64,000 nt of DNA from Candidatus Micrarchaeota archaeon (GTDB lineage Archaea > Micrarchaeota > Micrarchaeia > Anstonellales > Bilamarchaeaceae), in the NCBI GenBank assembly GCA_018812625.1, contig JAHJDH010000001.1, positions 19,967 to 83,966 of the forward strand, in the 5' to 3' direction. Made by a program: the position numbers and the translations under genes. Position 1 is the first letter of the stretch; each line of letters opens with the position of its first letter. Positions 9,165 to 18,847 of the stretch are shown here, one piece after another. A model generated the notes under the pieces. The model searched no databases. It had not been told where the DNA came from and was given only the letters and a program-made list of their open reading frames with translations.

Positions 9165-9216
9165 GGATTATCTATCTTCTGCATTGTTTTTAATCATTTC
9201 ATGCATTCAGTAGCCG

Positions 9217-9226
9217 TATTTAAAAA
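9217..9226 (+). promoter_or_regulatory. candidate TATA box for the GATase gene
   Basis: 'tatttaaaaa' lies about 36-45 nt upstream of the ATG at 9262, consistent with an archaeal promoter and a short leader. Confidence 0.3.
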
Positions 9227-9261
9227 CACTTAGTTCTACTTATTACAACAGGGATAAAATT

Positions 9262-10023
9262 ATGCGATTGCAAATCCAAAGAAGAGTTGCAGTTATCAGC
9301 TGCGAACCTGATTCCCAGGAACCACTGTCTTTTAGGGGGAAATCAAAAACAATCCGTGAAATAACATCAATCAGACTTCGTGAACTTGGACTTGAGCCAA
9401 CAATCCACAGGCCCCTCACGGACATATCTGATTTTCCTGCTATTGGAAAAATCGGAGGGGTTGTTATTGGCGGATCAAAATTAAGTTTGCATGATATTGA
9501 AAAAAATGATTGGATGAAAAAACTTCTTGATTTTATCCAAAGAGCACACGGAAAAGTCCCGATTCTTGGTCTATGTTTTGGCCATCAGGCAGTTGGAATT
9601 TCTTTTGGATCCAAGTTGGAACAATTCAACTCAACAATTGGCTGTGAAGTAGGATTTTCAGAAGTTGCGCGAACTGCTGAATCTGCAAATGATCCTCTAC
9701 TTGGAGAGAGTCCTGCAATGTTTGATGCTTTGTTTTCTCATTTTGATTATCTTGCAACAGAACCTCCGCATTTTACTGTTTTGCTCAGATCACTCAATTT
9801 AGAAAATCACAGTATCCAGGCATTTAGAGCAGGAGACAGTACATGGGGCCTTCAATTTCATCCAGAATACACAACTGGAGTTGTCAGGGACCTTGTAATT
9901 GCAAGGCAAAAAATCATCGCGCCTATAATTGATGTTGATTCTGTGTTATTTGGCCTATGCCGAATTCACAGAGCCGACACTGCGCCTCTTAGAAATTTTG
10001 TTAATTTCATGACACGTGACTAA
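9262..10023 (+). CDS. class I glutamine amidotransferase (GMP synthase subunit A-like)
   Basis: Nucleophile elbow 'PILGLCFGHQAVG' and 'GLQFHPEYT' (His/Glu of the triad). Confidence 0.8.
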   Translation: MRLQIQRRVAVISCEPDSQEPLSFRGKSKTIREITSIRLRELGLEPTIHRPLTDISDFPAIGKIGGVVIGGSKLSLHDIEKNDWMKKLLDFIQRAHGKVPILGLCFGHQAVGISFGSKLEQFNSTIGCEVGFSEVARTAESANDPLLGESPAMFDALFSHFDYLATEPPHFTVLLRSLNLENHSIQAFRAGDSTWGLQFHPEYTTGVVRDLVIARQKIIAPIIDVDSVLFGLCRIHRADTAPLRNFVNFMTRD

Positions 10024-10025
10024 TT

Positions 10026-12395
10026 TTAGAAAAATGAATCCAGGCTTTGCTGCTTGCCGCCATGTTTCATACTATATTCATCATAGCCAAGTTCTTTCAT
10101 GATTTTCATTACGGCTGGCAAAACTTGGTGGTTGATATAATACTCCGTATCATAATCTTTTGCAAGTTCAAATGGCTCTGCTTTTTCTGAGATTGTCTTC
10201 CCAGTTTTCCCAACTACATATGTGATCATTGTGCCTTTTCCAACCTGCACGCCTGATTTTATCAGTTTCTGTGCTGCTGTAAGCTCAGGGCTTTTTACTT
10301 CATAGCTACCTAAATCCTTGTTTATCTGCGTGCTTATTGAAAGCATCTCCAGAGGAACCTTTCCCGCCTGCAAATCCTCGATAGTTTTCCTTACGATTTT
10401 TACAGCCTTTTCCTTGCTACCTTCTATAAGAATCGCTTCCAGTACTGCGCGTTGGGTTTCCTTTGCAATCTTTGACCAGTCTCTTCGAACCAGTTCAAAG
10501 CCTCTTATCTTAATTCTTCCATCTTCTCCAAGAAGAGCATATTTCTTTTTAGCTCCTCTCTCTCCTCCGCCTTTTTTGCTGACAAAAACTCCTCGCGGAT
10601 AAAATCCTTCAAGTTCCAGTTCCATTTTTTCAGGCAATATATCATTCACATCTTCCATGAATTTTAGTACTTTGTCCTTGTTTTTGTAAATTAAAAACAC
10701 AGAATCTGTGTCAGCATAAAGCACCTGGAATCCTGATTTTTCTGCCATTTCTATTGTTTCTGAAATATGTTTTCTTCCCCATGCAGTAACACTTTCGGCA
10801 CATGGCCTTGAGTACCACCTGGATCTTGCATAACCCAAGTATCCATAAAATGAGTTTGATAGAATTTTGAGAGCCTGAGATCTTGCGCTCATCCGTACAT
10901 ATTCGTCACTTGATTTGTCAAGTTTTTTTATTTCCTGCTTGATTTTGGATCTTCGATCAACAAGATAATCAAGCACACCTGGAATTAGCCCTACTTCTTT
11001 TCCTGAAAATTTTGCTCCGGTTGGAGATTCGATTCCATCTCCTTCCTCAATCAAAGTTGCCGGATCAATATTATATGAGATGATAATAGATGGGTACAGT
11101 CCTCTAAAGTCCAGAACTGCCATATTATCATAAATTCCTGGCTCTGGTAGCTTTACAAAAGCTCCTTTGATTGGGGCGTTGAGCCTCTCATAAATCGTAT
11201 CTCCAATCGGCCGCGGTGGAATAATCATATTCCTGTTTGATGCGCTGAACATCAGCAGGCTTTCAACTAGCTGTCCGCTTGTTGACATTGTTGTCTGGAA
11301 CAATGGCATTTTTGAAACTGATGAAACTTCGATTTCAAGTGGCAGGAACCGTTGTCCAAGTTCGTGGGTGATATCTGCATCAATCATCGAATATTTCGAG
11401 AGCTTGTCAATGCCATCACTATCCCAAAGCTGCCAGATTTCATCATGCTTTATATCCTCCTTGCCCTTTCCAAGAACTTCATTTGCAACTGCATTGAGGG
11501 TGAATTTCTGCGCTTTGATTACTCCAATAAATCCAAAGAGCCGTGCAATTGGATAAAGATCTACATGCACTCTTCCTCCTATCTCCATTCCCTTGACCAT
11601 TCCGCGTTTGAGCTCACGCGTTTTATCTCCGAATCGTCCAAGTTCAAGTTTCGCCTGGAGTTTTGCTGCTCTTGCCTGAAGGTATGGAATATCAAAATTC
11701 GCCGAGTTATATCCAAAGAGCACATCCGGGTCCTTCTCCTCAATAATCTTGGAGAACTGCTCAAGAATCTCCTTTTCGCTCTCAAATTTCTTCACATAAT
11801 CATTTTTTGATTCCTTAGTCGTTAGAACTCCCCTCCCCATTCCAGCATAGCTGATCATAATTACAGGATCTATGTTTTCTCTTGGAACTCCCTGGGGATT
11901 ATATGTTTCAATATCAAATGCCATGCTGCTTAGCTCAGGAGGCTTATCAGGAGTCACTATTTTTACTATTTTCTTGATTAACCTTCCTTCCCGCTCATAT
12001 GTGATGATGTCAAAGGGCGAAATTTGCCTGTCATAGATAAATCTTCTGGCAAACGGAATACTGTACTCATAACATTTGAAAGGCACTCTCTGCTTGATTA
12101 TTGGGACATCTGAGGGTACTTCACAGTAGATTTTAATCAAACTCTTTTTCTCAAGGCCGATCTGCTTTTCTACTTCTTCAACATGTGTTGGCGAAGCTAG
12201 CTCTCCGTTTTTTCGAACTGCCTGTATATCCAAAAATTGGTCTATCTTGTCAAGTGGGCCATCGACAAGGAAATAAGGATCAGCACGATAGTATAGTTTT
12301 ATTGTCTTTTTTCCCTTTAGAAGTAATGAAACATATGTTTTGTTTTTTCGGACAATATAACTAGCATCAATGAAATATGCTCTCTTTCTCTTCAT
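10026..12395 (-). CDS. polB: family B DNA polymerase
   Basis: Exo I 'MAFDIETY', Exo II 'NSANFDIPYL', motif A 'DFRGLYPSIIISYNI', motif B 'KILSNSFYGYLGY' and motif C 'VLYADTDSVF'. No intein-like insert is present. Confidence 0.95.
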   Translation of the reverse strand: MKRKRAYFIDASYIVRKNKTYVSLLLKGKKTIKLYYRADPYFLVDGPLDKIDQFLDIQAVRKNGELASPTHVEEVEKQIGLEKKSLIKIYCEVPSDVPIIKQRVPFKCYEYSIPFARRFIYDRQISPFDIITYEREGRLIKKIVKIVTPDKPPELSSMAFDIETYNPQGVPRENIDPVIMISYAGMGRGVLTTKESKNDYVKKFESEKEILEQFSKIIEEKDPDVLFGYNSANFDIPYLQARAAKLQAKLELGRFGDKTRELKRGMVKGMEIGGRVHVDLYPIARLFGFIGVIKAQKFTLNAVANEVLGKGKEDIKHDEIWQLWDSDGIDKLSKYSMIDADITHELGQRFLPLEIEVSSVSKMPLFQTTMSTSGQLVESLLMFSASNRNMIIPPRPIGDTIYERLNAPIKGAFVKLPEPGIYDNMAVLDFRGLYPSIIISYNIDPATLIEEGDGIESPTGAKFSGKEVGLIPGVLDYLVDRRSKIKQEIKKLDKSSDEYVRMSARSQALKILSNSFYGYLGYARSRWYSRPCAESVTAWGRKHISETIEMAEKSGFQVLYADTDSVFLIYKNKDKVLKFMEDVNDILPEKMELELEGFYPRGVFVSKKGGGERGAKKKYALLGEDGRIKIRGFELVRRDWSKIAKETQRAVLEAILIEGSKEKAVKIVRKTIEDLQAGKVPLEMLSISTQINKDLGSYEVKSPELTAAQKLIKSGVQVGKGTMITYVVGKTGKTISEKAEPFELAKDYDTEYYINHQVLPAVMKIMKELGYDEYSMKHGGKQQSLDSFF

Positions 12396-12433
12396 ATATA
12401 TCTATCAAGAGGAAAAATAATAAGAATTGGGCT

Positions 12434-13273
12434 CTATCGTGTTCTTTTGGTCTGTTGCTCAGTTGCTTCAAGACATTCTGCTTCTGCCTGCTGTTCTCCA
12501 TATGCCTCATCCCAAGTGATCCATCCATCAGCAGGAGGGCCTTCAAATCTATTAAATCTTGGCAACTCCTCTTGCCATGTATTATTATTAACTCCTTGCA
12601 ACTCCACTGGGTTTGCCGATTTCATAAGCACCCCTTTTTTGGTATCTTTTCTGGATCTTGGCGACCATGCCGATAATTCCTCTTTGGACAGCTTTGTAAT
12701 TGTCTGCCTGGCGTCTTCTGCCAGCTTATTGCCACTTTCAAGAAGTCCTGCTATCTGTCCAGGTTTGATGCTAATATCTTTCATTAATCTGGGTGCTACG
12801 TATCTGAATATTACTGAAAAAACAACTACCAGGCCTATTGCACCTGAATTAACGCCTGCCAGTGCTAATGTTGAAATAAGCGCAACCGGAACCGCATACG
12901 AAACAGCCTTTATGAGGGCTCTTTGCATCGTTCTTTTTCTGTATAATCGCTCAGCTAGATTGCTTTGAATATCTTCAGGCAGCCCTACTATTGCAGCTTC
13001 CCTGTATCCTCCTGCCTGCTCAAGGTGGCCGTTTTCAAGGGTCTTGATAATCTCATCCATACTGCCTTCTGCTGCTATTTTCTCAAGCTCTGCTCTTGGC
13101 TTAGTTTGGGTGTGTGCTGTTCTGAGTGGGCCTTTGTCCTGGCCTCCTGGCAATCTCAATGGTTTAGAATTAAAATGTCTTCCCGGCCTGGTTTTTATCA
13201 CATTCTCTAATTTCGCTTGGGCCTTTTTGACCATATAAGTTTCTACCCTTCTTCTCAATTTCATTTGGACCAT
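12434..13273 (-). CDS. hypothetical membrane protein (basic N-terminus, two central TMs, acidic Trp-rich C-terminus)
   Basis: 279-aa ORF with the hydrophobic core 'AVSYAVPVALISTLALAGVNSGAIGLVVVFSVIF'. It looks GC-richer than its neighbours by eye. Confidence 0.5.
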   Translation of the reverse strand: MVQMKLRRRVETYMVKKAQAKLENVIKTRPGRHFNSKPLRLPGGQDKGPLRTAHTQTKPRAELEKIAAEGSMDEIIKTLENGHLEQAGGYREAAIVGLPEDIQSNLAERLYRKRTMQRALIKAVSYAVPVALISTLALAGVNSGAIGLVVVFSVIFRYVAPRLMKDISIKPGQIAGLLESGNKLAEDARQTITKLSKEELSAWSPRSRKDTKKGVLMKSANPVELQGVNNNTWQEELPRFNRFEGPPADGWITWDEAYGEQQAEAECLEATEQQTKRTR

Positions 13274-13360
13274 ATACTTATATACATTACCACTATTTAA
13301 GTCTTACTATGGGTACAACTAGGATAAAGAAAAAAAGAAAATTAGATGCCTTTTGGAATG

Positions 13361-14092
13361 TTATTTTCTAAGAGATACTTCTTTGCCAACAAGTTCTCGA
13401 AGTACATCTTCATGGATGAATCTTCGCCCACCAATTTTAACATGTGGGATTCTTCCACGATCAAGTCTTCGCTCAAATGCGTTTCTCTTGATCCTGATGC
13501 CTCCTTTATGAAGCTCTTTAATTGCCTGGCTTACTGAGAAGTAATTTGAACTGATGTGAGTAAGTGATTCTATAGCTTCTCTTGGAACAAGTCTTCTTGT
13601 TCCGAATTTAACAGATGGAATCGATCCTTTCTCAATTCTTCCAATAAATGCTCTGAAGTTGATCTTTGGGTTTGCTTTTCTGTACTGTTCGTAGGCTTCT
13701 TTTACTGTGTAAAATTCACCTTTTGTATTGGTAATATCGTCAAGAACGCTTTTTGGAATATATCTCTTTCTTCCTACTTTGACAAATGGGATTGTTCCTC
13801 TCTCGATTCTTCCACCAAATGCTCTGAACGAAATAAAAACTCCACTAGTCTTCAAATAGTCATAGGCAGATCTAACAGAATACAAATCGTGTTTTTCTTC
13901 GAGTTCGTCTTCAGAAGCTTTTTGTCTATATAAATTTTGAGCTACTTTAAAGACGTTAGATATTGATGAAGAGAGGCCTTTCTCGGTCTTAGTTCGGCCC
14001 TTCTTAATCTCCCCAATGTCGATAGATCTAAATCTGTCGACAAAGTCGTCATTGATTTCTGTTTCAATAATGATTTTTTTTCCTCGAGGCAT
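13361..14092 (-). CDS. DNA-binding protein with three tandem excisionase/MerR-type (HTH_17-like) helix-turn-helix repeats
   Basis: Three units of about 50 aa: '...FRAFGGRIERGTIPFVKVGRKRYIPKSVLDDI', '...FRAFIGRIEKGSIPSVKFGTRRLVPREAIESL' and '...RNAFERRLDRGRIPHVKIGGRRFIHEDVLREL'. Confidence 0.7.
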   Translation of the reverse strand: MPRGKKIIIETEINDDFVDRFRSIDIGEIKKGRTKTEKGLSSSISNVFKVAQNLYRQKASEDELEEKHDLYSVRSAYDYLKTSGVFISFRAFGGRIERGTIPFVKVGRKRYIPKSVLDDITNTKGEFYTVKEAYEQYRKANPKINFRAFIGRIEKGSIPSVKFGTRRLVPREAIESLTHISSNYFSVSQAIKELHKGGIRIKRNAFERRLDRGRIPHVKIGGRRFIHEDVLRELVGKEVSLRK

Positions 14093-14193
14093 GGCATCAC
14101 CTTAAATATGATAATTTATGATCTTGTATGTTTCTTCCATACAATACTATAAAACACACAGTTTAAAAAGATGTTGTTTGTGAAGACACCTTC

Positions 14194-15459
14194 CTATTCG
14201 TTGCTTTTCAATTTTTTTACCAAAATAATGGCAAAAATCACAACAAAAACCACAACTATTATGTAAAGTAATGGTATTTCCTGACTTTCGCCCGGTGTTT
14301 CTTGTGGATTTGTCTGGTTTTGTGTGTTGTTAATTGGCGGAGCGGTTCCAACAAGTGTTGAAAATTTTCCACCAAGTGTTGCTTTGTTGCCCTCTTTGTC
14401 CTTCACTTCAATTGTGAATTGGACAATGCTATCTGGAGCCAACTCAGGAAATTCGGCCGCAAAAGTATTAAAGCCTGTGGTAAACACAACTGCCGTGTTC
14501 CAAGGGGTGCTTGCATCTGCTGGCTCTAGTCTGTATTGCACCTGCAGTGTTTTTACATCAACACCGCTTGCATCTGCTCCAGGATCACTGATTGGGATAT
14601 TGAGTTTTGTTCTGTTATTTATAGTTTCTGAGACCACTTCTCCAAAGAGAGGTGCGTGAATATCCAGAATAATTTCTGCTCTTGGGTTTTCAATTGCCAG
14701 AATTTCTCCATTTTTTTCAATTCCTTTGTATCCTATTTTGTATGGTATATAATCTCCAAATATTTTCTCATTTTCATAATGGCCATCTGGCAAATATACT
14801 GTTTCATTGAGGACTGTGAGATTTACTGGAAGAGGATCTCCATAATCATCTAGTACATCAACGTATATGTGATAATGCGGAAATATTACTGCAAATTCAA
14901 CATCTTCTCCTTCAATTACTATCGTTCCTGCCTGTTTTGCAATCTCATAGCTGGAAAGATAATCATAACTTCCTTCAACAAAAAGATACTTCACATATCC
15001 ATATTCGTTTGTTTTTCCGCTTTTATCTCCAATTGTGACTGATGCGTTTTCTATTGGAGCATTGAGGTGATCCCTAACATAGAACTTCACAGGATATACA
15101 TCATCAAGAATCACATCTACTATTGGTCCATGACTATTTGCTTCTACTTCGATTTTTTTTGTTCCGCCTCCAGCAGATCCATTAATTACTATCGTGCAGT
15201 CAATTTCTCTAGTATTTGTTCCCTGGTTTATGACTTGGTAATCTACTTTTCCAGCGGCATCTGTTTGTCTTATCTCAGTTGTGAAATACTGTTCACCAAA
15301 CAAAGTTCCTCTGTCAAATTTGATCCAGACATCTGCACCTTCTATGGGCCTGTTTTTGGAATCAAGAACCCTTACACTGAATTCATCAACATATCCAGCG
15401 CAATCTGCAATCACTATTTGTGATAAAATAAGCAATAATAGCATGTATTTGAAGTTCAT
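14194..15459 (-). CDS. secreted surface protein with carboxypeptidase-regulatory-like/Ig-like beta domains and a C-terminal TM anchor
   Basis: Signal peptide 'MNFKYMLLLLILSQIVIADC'. Repeats of the form 'V.V.D....PIE.A.V.I' are present. The C-terminus has a Pro/Gln/Thr linker, then TM 'LLYIIVVVFVVIFAIILV', then KKLKSNE. Confidence 0.6.
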   Translation of the reverse strand: MNFKYMLLLLILSQIVIADCAGYVDEFSVRVLDSKNRPIEGADVWIKFDRGTLFGEQYFTTEIRQTDAAGKVDYQVINQGTNTREIDCTIVINGSAGGGTKKIEVEANSHGPIVDVILDDVYPVKFYVRDHLNAPIENASVTIGDKSGKTNEYGYVKYLFVEGSYDYLSSYEIAKQAGTIVIEGEDVEFAVIFPHYHIYVDVLDDYGDPLPVNLTVLNETVYLPDGHYENEKIFGDYIPYKIGYKGIEKNGEILAIENPRAEIILDIHAPLFGEVVSETINNRTKLNIPISDPGADASGVDVKTLQVQYRLEPADASTPWNTAVVFTTGFNTFAAEFPELAPDSIVQFTIEVKDKEGNKATLGGKFSTLVGTAPPINNTQNQTNPQETPGESQEIPLLYIIVVVFVVIFAIILVKKLKSNE

Positions 15460-15489
15460 GGTGCTATATCTTCACCCAAACTTTATAAG

Positions 15490-16812
15490 CTATTTGCGAG
15501 GTACTTCATTGAATTCTCGCCCTAGTTTTGCATCATCCTGATGCCAAATCTCACGTGCTTCTGCAACTGTAAATAGCGATCCAGTAACAAGTACAATATC
15601 TCCAGTTTCTGCCATTTCAACTGCTTTTTTGGTCGCCTTCTTCACATCTTCAACAATTATGCCTTTTTTTGAGTGTTTTTCCACAATCTGAACAAGTAGT
15701 TTTGGGTCTGCTGCCCTGTCCATTACCTTGTGCGCGGTTATAATTATCTGGTCGCTTATCTTTGCAATTTCTCCTACCATCTCCTCCAGGTTTTTGTCTG
15801 ATGATATTCCAAGAACTACAATAAGTTTTTTGTATTCAAAGAGTTCTACTTCTCCTCTTAATTTTTTCATTGCATCTGCATCCTTTGCACAGTCTAGAAT
15901 CACCATGGGCTCTTCCTGAACTATTTCCATTCTCCCTGGCCAGTTTATTCTTGAAAGTCCCTGTTCCAGTGTTTCATCTGAAATTTCAATTCCAATGGCA
16001 TGAATTGCTCCAAGTGCGCATGCCAGATTTTCTATCTGGTATGCTCCAAGAAGCGAAATAAATCCAGAATAATCATTTCCATTAATTTCAATACTGAACT
16101 TCTGTCCGTTTCCAGATCTTTCAATCTTTTTGATTAAAATTTCGCGGCCAACTCTCATCAATTTGCTGTTTCTCTCTCTACTAACTCTCTCTAGAACCTC
16201 TATGGCATCTCCTTTTGCAGCACTTATAAGAACTCCATTTTCTTTTATGATTCCAGCCTTTTCATATGCGATTTTTGCAACTGTGCCTCCAAGAATCCTG
16301 GTATGCTCAAGCGAAACATTAGTTACAATGGATGCTTCTGCCTTGCAGATATTTGTTGCATCTAACCTTCCTCCAAGTCCAACTTCCAAAACTGCAATAT
16401 CAACTTTTTTCTTTTGGAAATAAATGAATGCTGCTATGCTCATAATCTCAAAAAATGTTGGATGTTCAAAATTTTCTTGCTTCTGCATCCTTGCAATTGC
16501 TTCTTTGATGTCGATGATTGTCTGCTCAAGTTCCTGCTCTGAAATTTTTTCTCCATCTATTGTAATTCTCTCTCGAAGGTCTCTCAAATGTGGGCTTGTA
16601 TATCTGCCAACTACTAATCCGCTTTCCTGAAGCAGCGAATCTAGAATTACTGTGGTTGAGCCTTTGCCGCTGGTTCCTCCAATTAGTATTGTTCTGTAAT
16701 TATTTTGCGGATTTCCAACTTCTGCTGCCAGCTTTACCACGCGCTCAAGACCAAGCTTTGCTCCGCTTTTTTTAAGTGCAAATAAATATTCTATAATGTT
16801 GCCCATCCACAT
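15490..16812 (-). CDS. folC: folylpolyglutamate synthase/dihydrofolate synthase (Mur ligase family)
   Basis: P-loop 'IGGTSGKGSTT', 'RYTSPHL', and Mur-ligase middle and C-terminal domains. Confidence 0.85.
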   Translation of the reverse strand: MWMGNIIEYLFALKKSGAKLGLERVVKLAAEVGNPQNNYRTILIGGTSGKGSTTVILDSLLQESGLVVGRYTSPHLRDLRERITIDGEKISEQELEQTIIDIKEAIARMQKQENFEHPTFFEIMSIAAFIYFQKKKVDIAVLEVGLGGRLDATNICKAEASIVTNVSLEHTRILGGTVAKIAYEKAGIIKENGVLISAAKGDAIEVLERVSRERNSKLMRVGREILIKKIERSGNGQKFSIEINGNDYSGFISLLGAYQIENLACALGAIHAIGIEISDETLEQGLSRINWPGRMEIVQEEPMVILDCAKDADAMKKLRGEVELFEYKKLIVVLGISSDKNLEEMVGEIAKISDQIIITAHKVMDRAADPKLLVQIVEKHSKKGIIVEDVKKATKKAVEMAETGDIVLVTGSLFTVAEAREIWHQDDAKLGREFNEVPRK

Positions 16813-16950
16813 TACCTGTAAAATTATTATTGAATTGTTTATAAGAGCGTTATTATCAATTGCTAGTCCGTGGCTCTTCCCCCTCGCTGGGAAGCGTTTT
16901 TCCTTTATGTTTAATAAACCTGCTCCACAATTGATACTTTATCATTCTTT

Positions 16951-16956
16951 GAGGTG
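16951..16956 (+). promoter_or_regulatory. Shine-Dalgarno-like GAGGTG
   Basis: 'gaggtg' lies 5 nt upstream of the ATG at 16962. Confidence 0.4.
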
Positions 16957-16961
16957 TATCA

Positions 16962-17654
16962 ATGCAAAAAATATTCTCTAAAAAAGGGATTGTTTTCCTG
17001 GTGCTGTTTACTGTTTTAGCACTCGTTGGGATGAAATTAAATTTCTCAACACTTATTGGAGAAGAAAGTCAATTCCTTACTATCTATCAGTTCTTTGGCC
17101 CAATTGCAGGTGGATTTTTGGGCATTTGGGGCGCTGCGGCAGTACTAGGCGCTCAGCTCATTAACTGGGTTCTTGTCGGAAAAGAAATTTCTATTCTGAA
17201 CCTTCTTAGGTTGCTTCCGATGGTTTTTGCTGCAATCTACTTTAGCCGAAATGGGGTTCGGGGAATAAAGGATAAGCTTGGCCTTGCCCTTCCGATTCTT
17301 GCTATGCTTGCTTTTTGGTTTCATCCAGTTGGACAGCAGGCTTGGATCTATGCATTATTCTGGGTAATTCCAGTGATCGCAAAGTTCCTTCCAGAAAACC
17401 TGGTCCTACGAAGTCTTGGAGCAACATTTACTGCCCATGCTGTTGGAGCAGTACTTTGGATTTGGACTGTTCCTATGACAGCTGAGCAATGGCTGATGCT
17501 ACTTCCAATTACAGCCTTTGAGAGAATTCTATTTGCTCTTGGAATTGCTGCAAGCTATGTTGTGTTTGTAAATATTCTCAAGGCAGTTGATAGCGTAGTT
17601 GACATAAAAAGTATCATCAATATCGATGAAAGATATGCTCTTTGGAGAGCATAA
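16962..17654 (+). CDS. polytopic membrane protein of unknown function (about 6 TM)
   Basis: 230-aa hydrophobic ORF divergent from folC. I recognise no signature. Confidence 0.55.
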   Translation: MQKIFSKKGIVFLVLFTVLALVGMKLNFSTLIGEESQFLTIYQFFGPIAGGFLGIWGAAAVLGAQLINWVLVGKEISILNLLRLLPMVFAAIYFSRNGVRGIKDKLGLALPILAMLAFWFHPVGQQAWIYALFWVIPVIAKFLPENLVLRSLGATFTAHAVGAVLWIWTVPMTAEQWLMLLPITAFERILFALGIAASYVVFVNILKAVDSVVDIKSIINIDERYALWRA

Positions 17655-17660
17655 TTTTTT

Positions 17661-18824
17661 TTATTTTATTTGAGTTAATGTAGTTTGCCTTGAGCTCAGC
17701 ATTTCTTTTATCAAAACTCCTTGTTCTGTGAATTTTGAAATAGGAAGTCTCAGCTTTGTTGATAAGTAGTTCAAAACTGCTCTATATGACTCAAATTCTT
17801 TTGGCTTTTCTTTCATTGCAGCTTTCACGTTTTCGCGTACATTGAACACTCCAAGAGGCACATAGCCTTCATATGCTTCCCGAAGAACAATTGCTCCAGC
17901 CTGTTTTTTCATCTTTGAAAGAGCTTCCAGAACAGCAAATTTGCAGCTATAATAGCAGCCGCCAACAGATGAATATTCACTCTTCCCCTGAGTATATTCC
18001 TGATCTGCAAAAATCATTTCTTCCCTCCCAAGAACATGGATAAATGCCTCAATCCATTCATACATCCATGGAGTTGGGGTCAAGATCACAGCATAATAAT
18101 TATTTAGGCTTGAGAACTCGTAGACCTGGTAATTCTCTATGGCATCAAAGTATTTTACCTGGTGGTAAAGATTATTTGCAAGTATTGTATCAACCGCAGT
18201 AATCGACCAGCGCGTTGGAACGAGTTTTCTATTTTTGCCAAGACCCATAGTTCCGGTTGAAAATGCCTTTTGCATTTGAGAAAAAGCAACTCCATCTTTG
18301 TATAGCTCCTTAATTGCATCTGCTGCTTTCCAATCAGTATCATAATATGATTTCTCCAGATGCTGCTCCCACTTTGTGTTTCCGATTTCGAATTTATCTA
18401 GAGGTGCACTTGGGCCATATGGCTGATGATCCTGGTTAAACGTAACTCCTCTTGGCTTATAGTGAAATTGAACTTCACTTTCAACAGATTTTGATGCAAG
18501 GGAGATCTCCTGCATGTTTCGAACCAACTTGTTTTCAAGATCCTTAATCCCGACTTCCTTTTTCCCACGGACAAGGTCTAACCTGAATTTGATGATATCA
18601 TTCTGTTCGTATTTGCCAATCCATTGCTCCGGGCTGTCCATCACAAATGTGTCTCCAATCCTGGGCGTGAGCATGGGCCCTACTGCAACTTTTGGATATC
18701 CGTAGCTTCCAATAAACACTGAAGGCGGAGAGCTTCCATCCAGCTTTTCATCTACCTCTATGCTCTTCCATTTCATGGTTCCAGAAGTAATTTTCTTCAG
18801 GTATGCGCCTTTGCCCATTCCCAT
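17661..18824 (-). CDS. nreA: Nre-family DNA repair protein (DUF650/DUF651 type)
   Basis: 'SSPPSVFIGSYGYPKVAVGP' (Nre N-domain) and 'VPTRWSITAVD' (Nre C-domain). It lacks the Cys-rich N-terminal segment I recall from many Nre proteins. Confidence 0.7.
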   Translation of the reverse strand: MGMGKGAYLKKITSGTMKWKSIEVDEKLDGSSPPSVFIGSYGYPKVAVGPMLTPRIGDTFVMDSPEQWIGKYEQNDIIKFRLDLVRGKKEVGIKDLENKLVRNMQEISLASKSVESEVQFHYKPRGVTFNQDHQPYGPSAPLDKFEIGNTKWEQHLEKSYYDTDWKAADAIKELYKDGVAFSQMQKAFSTGTMGLGKNRKLVPTRWSITAVDTILANNLYHQVKYFDAIENYQVYEFSSLNNYYAVILTPTPWMYEWIEAFIHVLGREEMIFADQEYTQGKSEYSSVGGCYYSCKFAVLEALSKMKKQAGAIVLREAYEGYVPLGVFNVRENVKAAMKEKPKEFESYRAVLNYLSTKLRLPISKFTEQGVLIKEMLSSRQTTLTQIK

Positions 18825-18847
18825 AACTAGTTTTTCTCAGCTATTGT

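Noticed and set aside
10026-12395. PolB as a marker of a casposon, virus or plasmid, given the nearby excisionase-type HTH and GC-shifted gene
   Set aside because: The polymerase has the standard cellular family-B exonuclease and polymerase motifs. It shows no terminal-protein-priming insertions that I can see. There is no Cas1, no integrase and no flanking inverted repeats.
16868-16901. Hairpin plus T-run upstream of the 6-TM protein as a riboswitch (for example folate or fluoride)
   Set aside because: It is only a 6-bp stem, and I can match no conserved riboswitch core sequence. I kept it as a low-interest note under the folC finding, not as a called feature.
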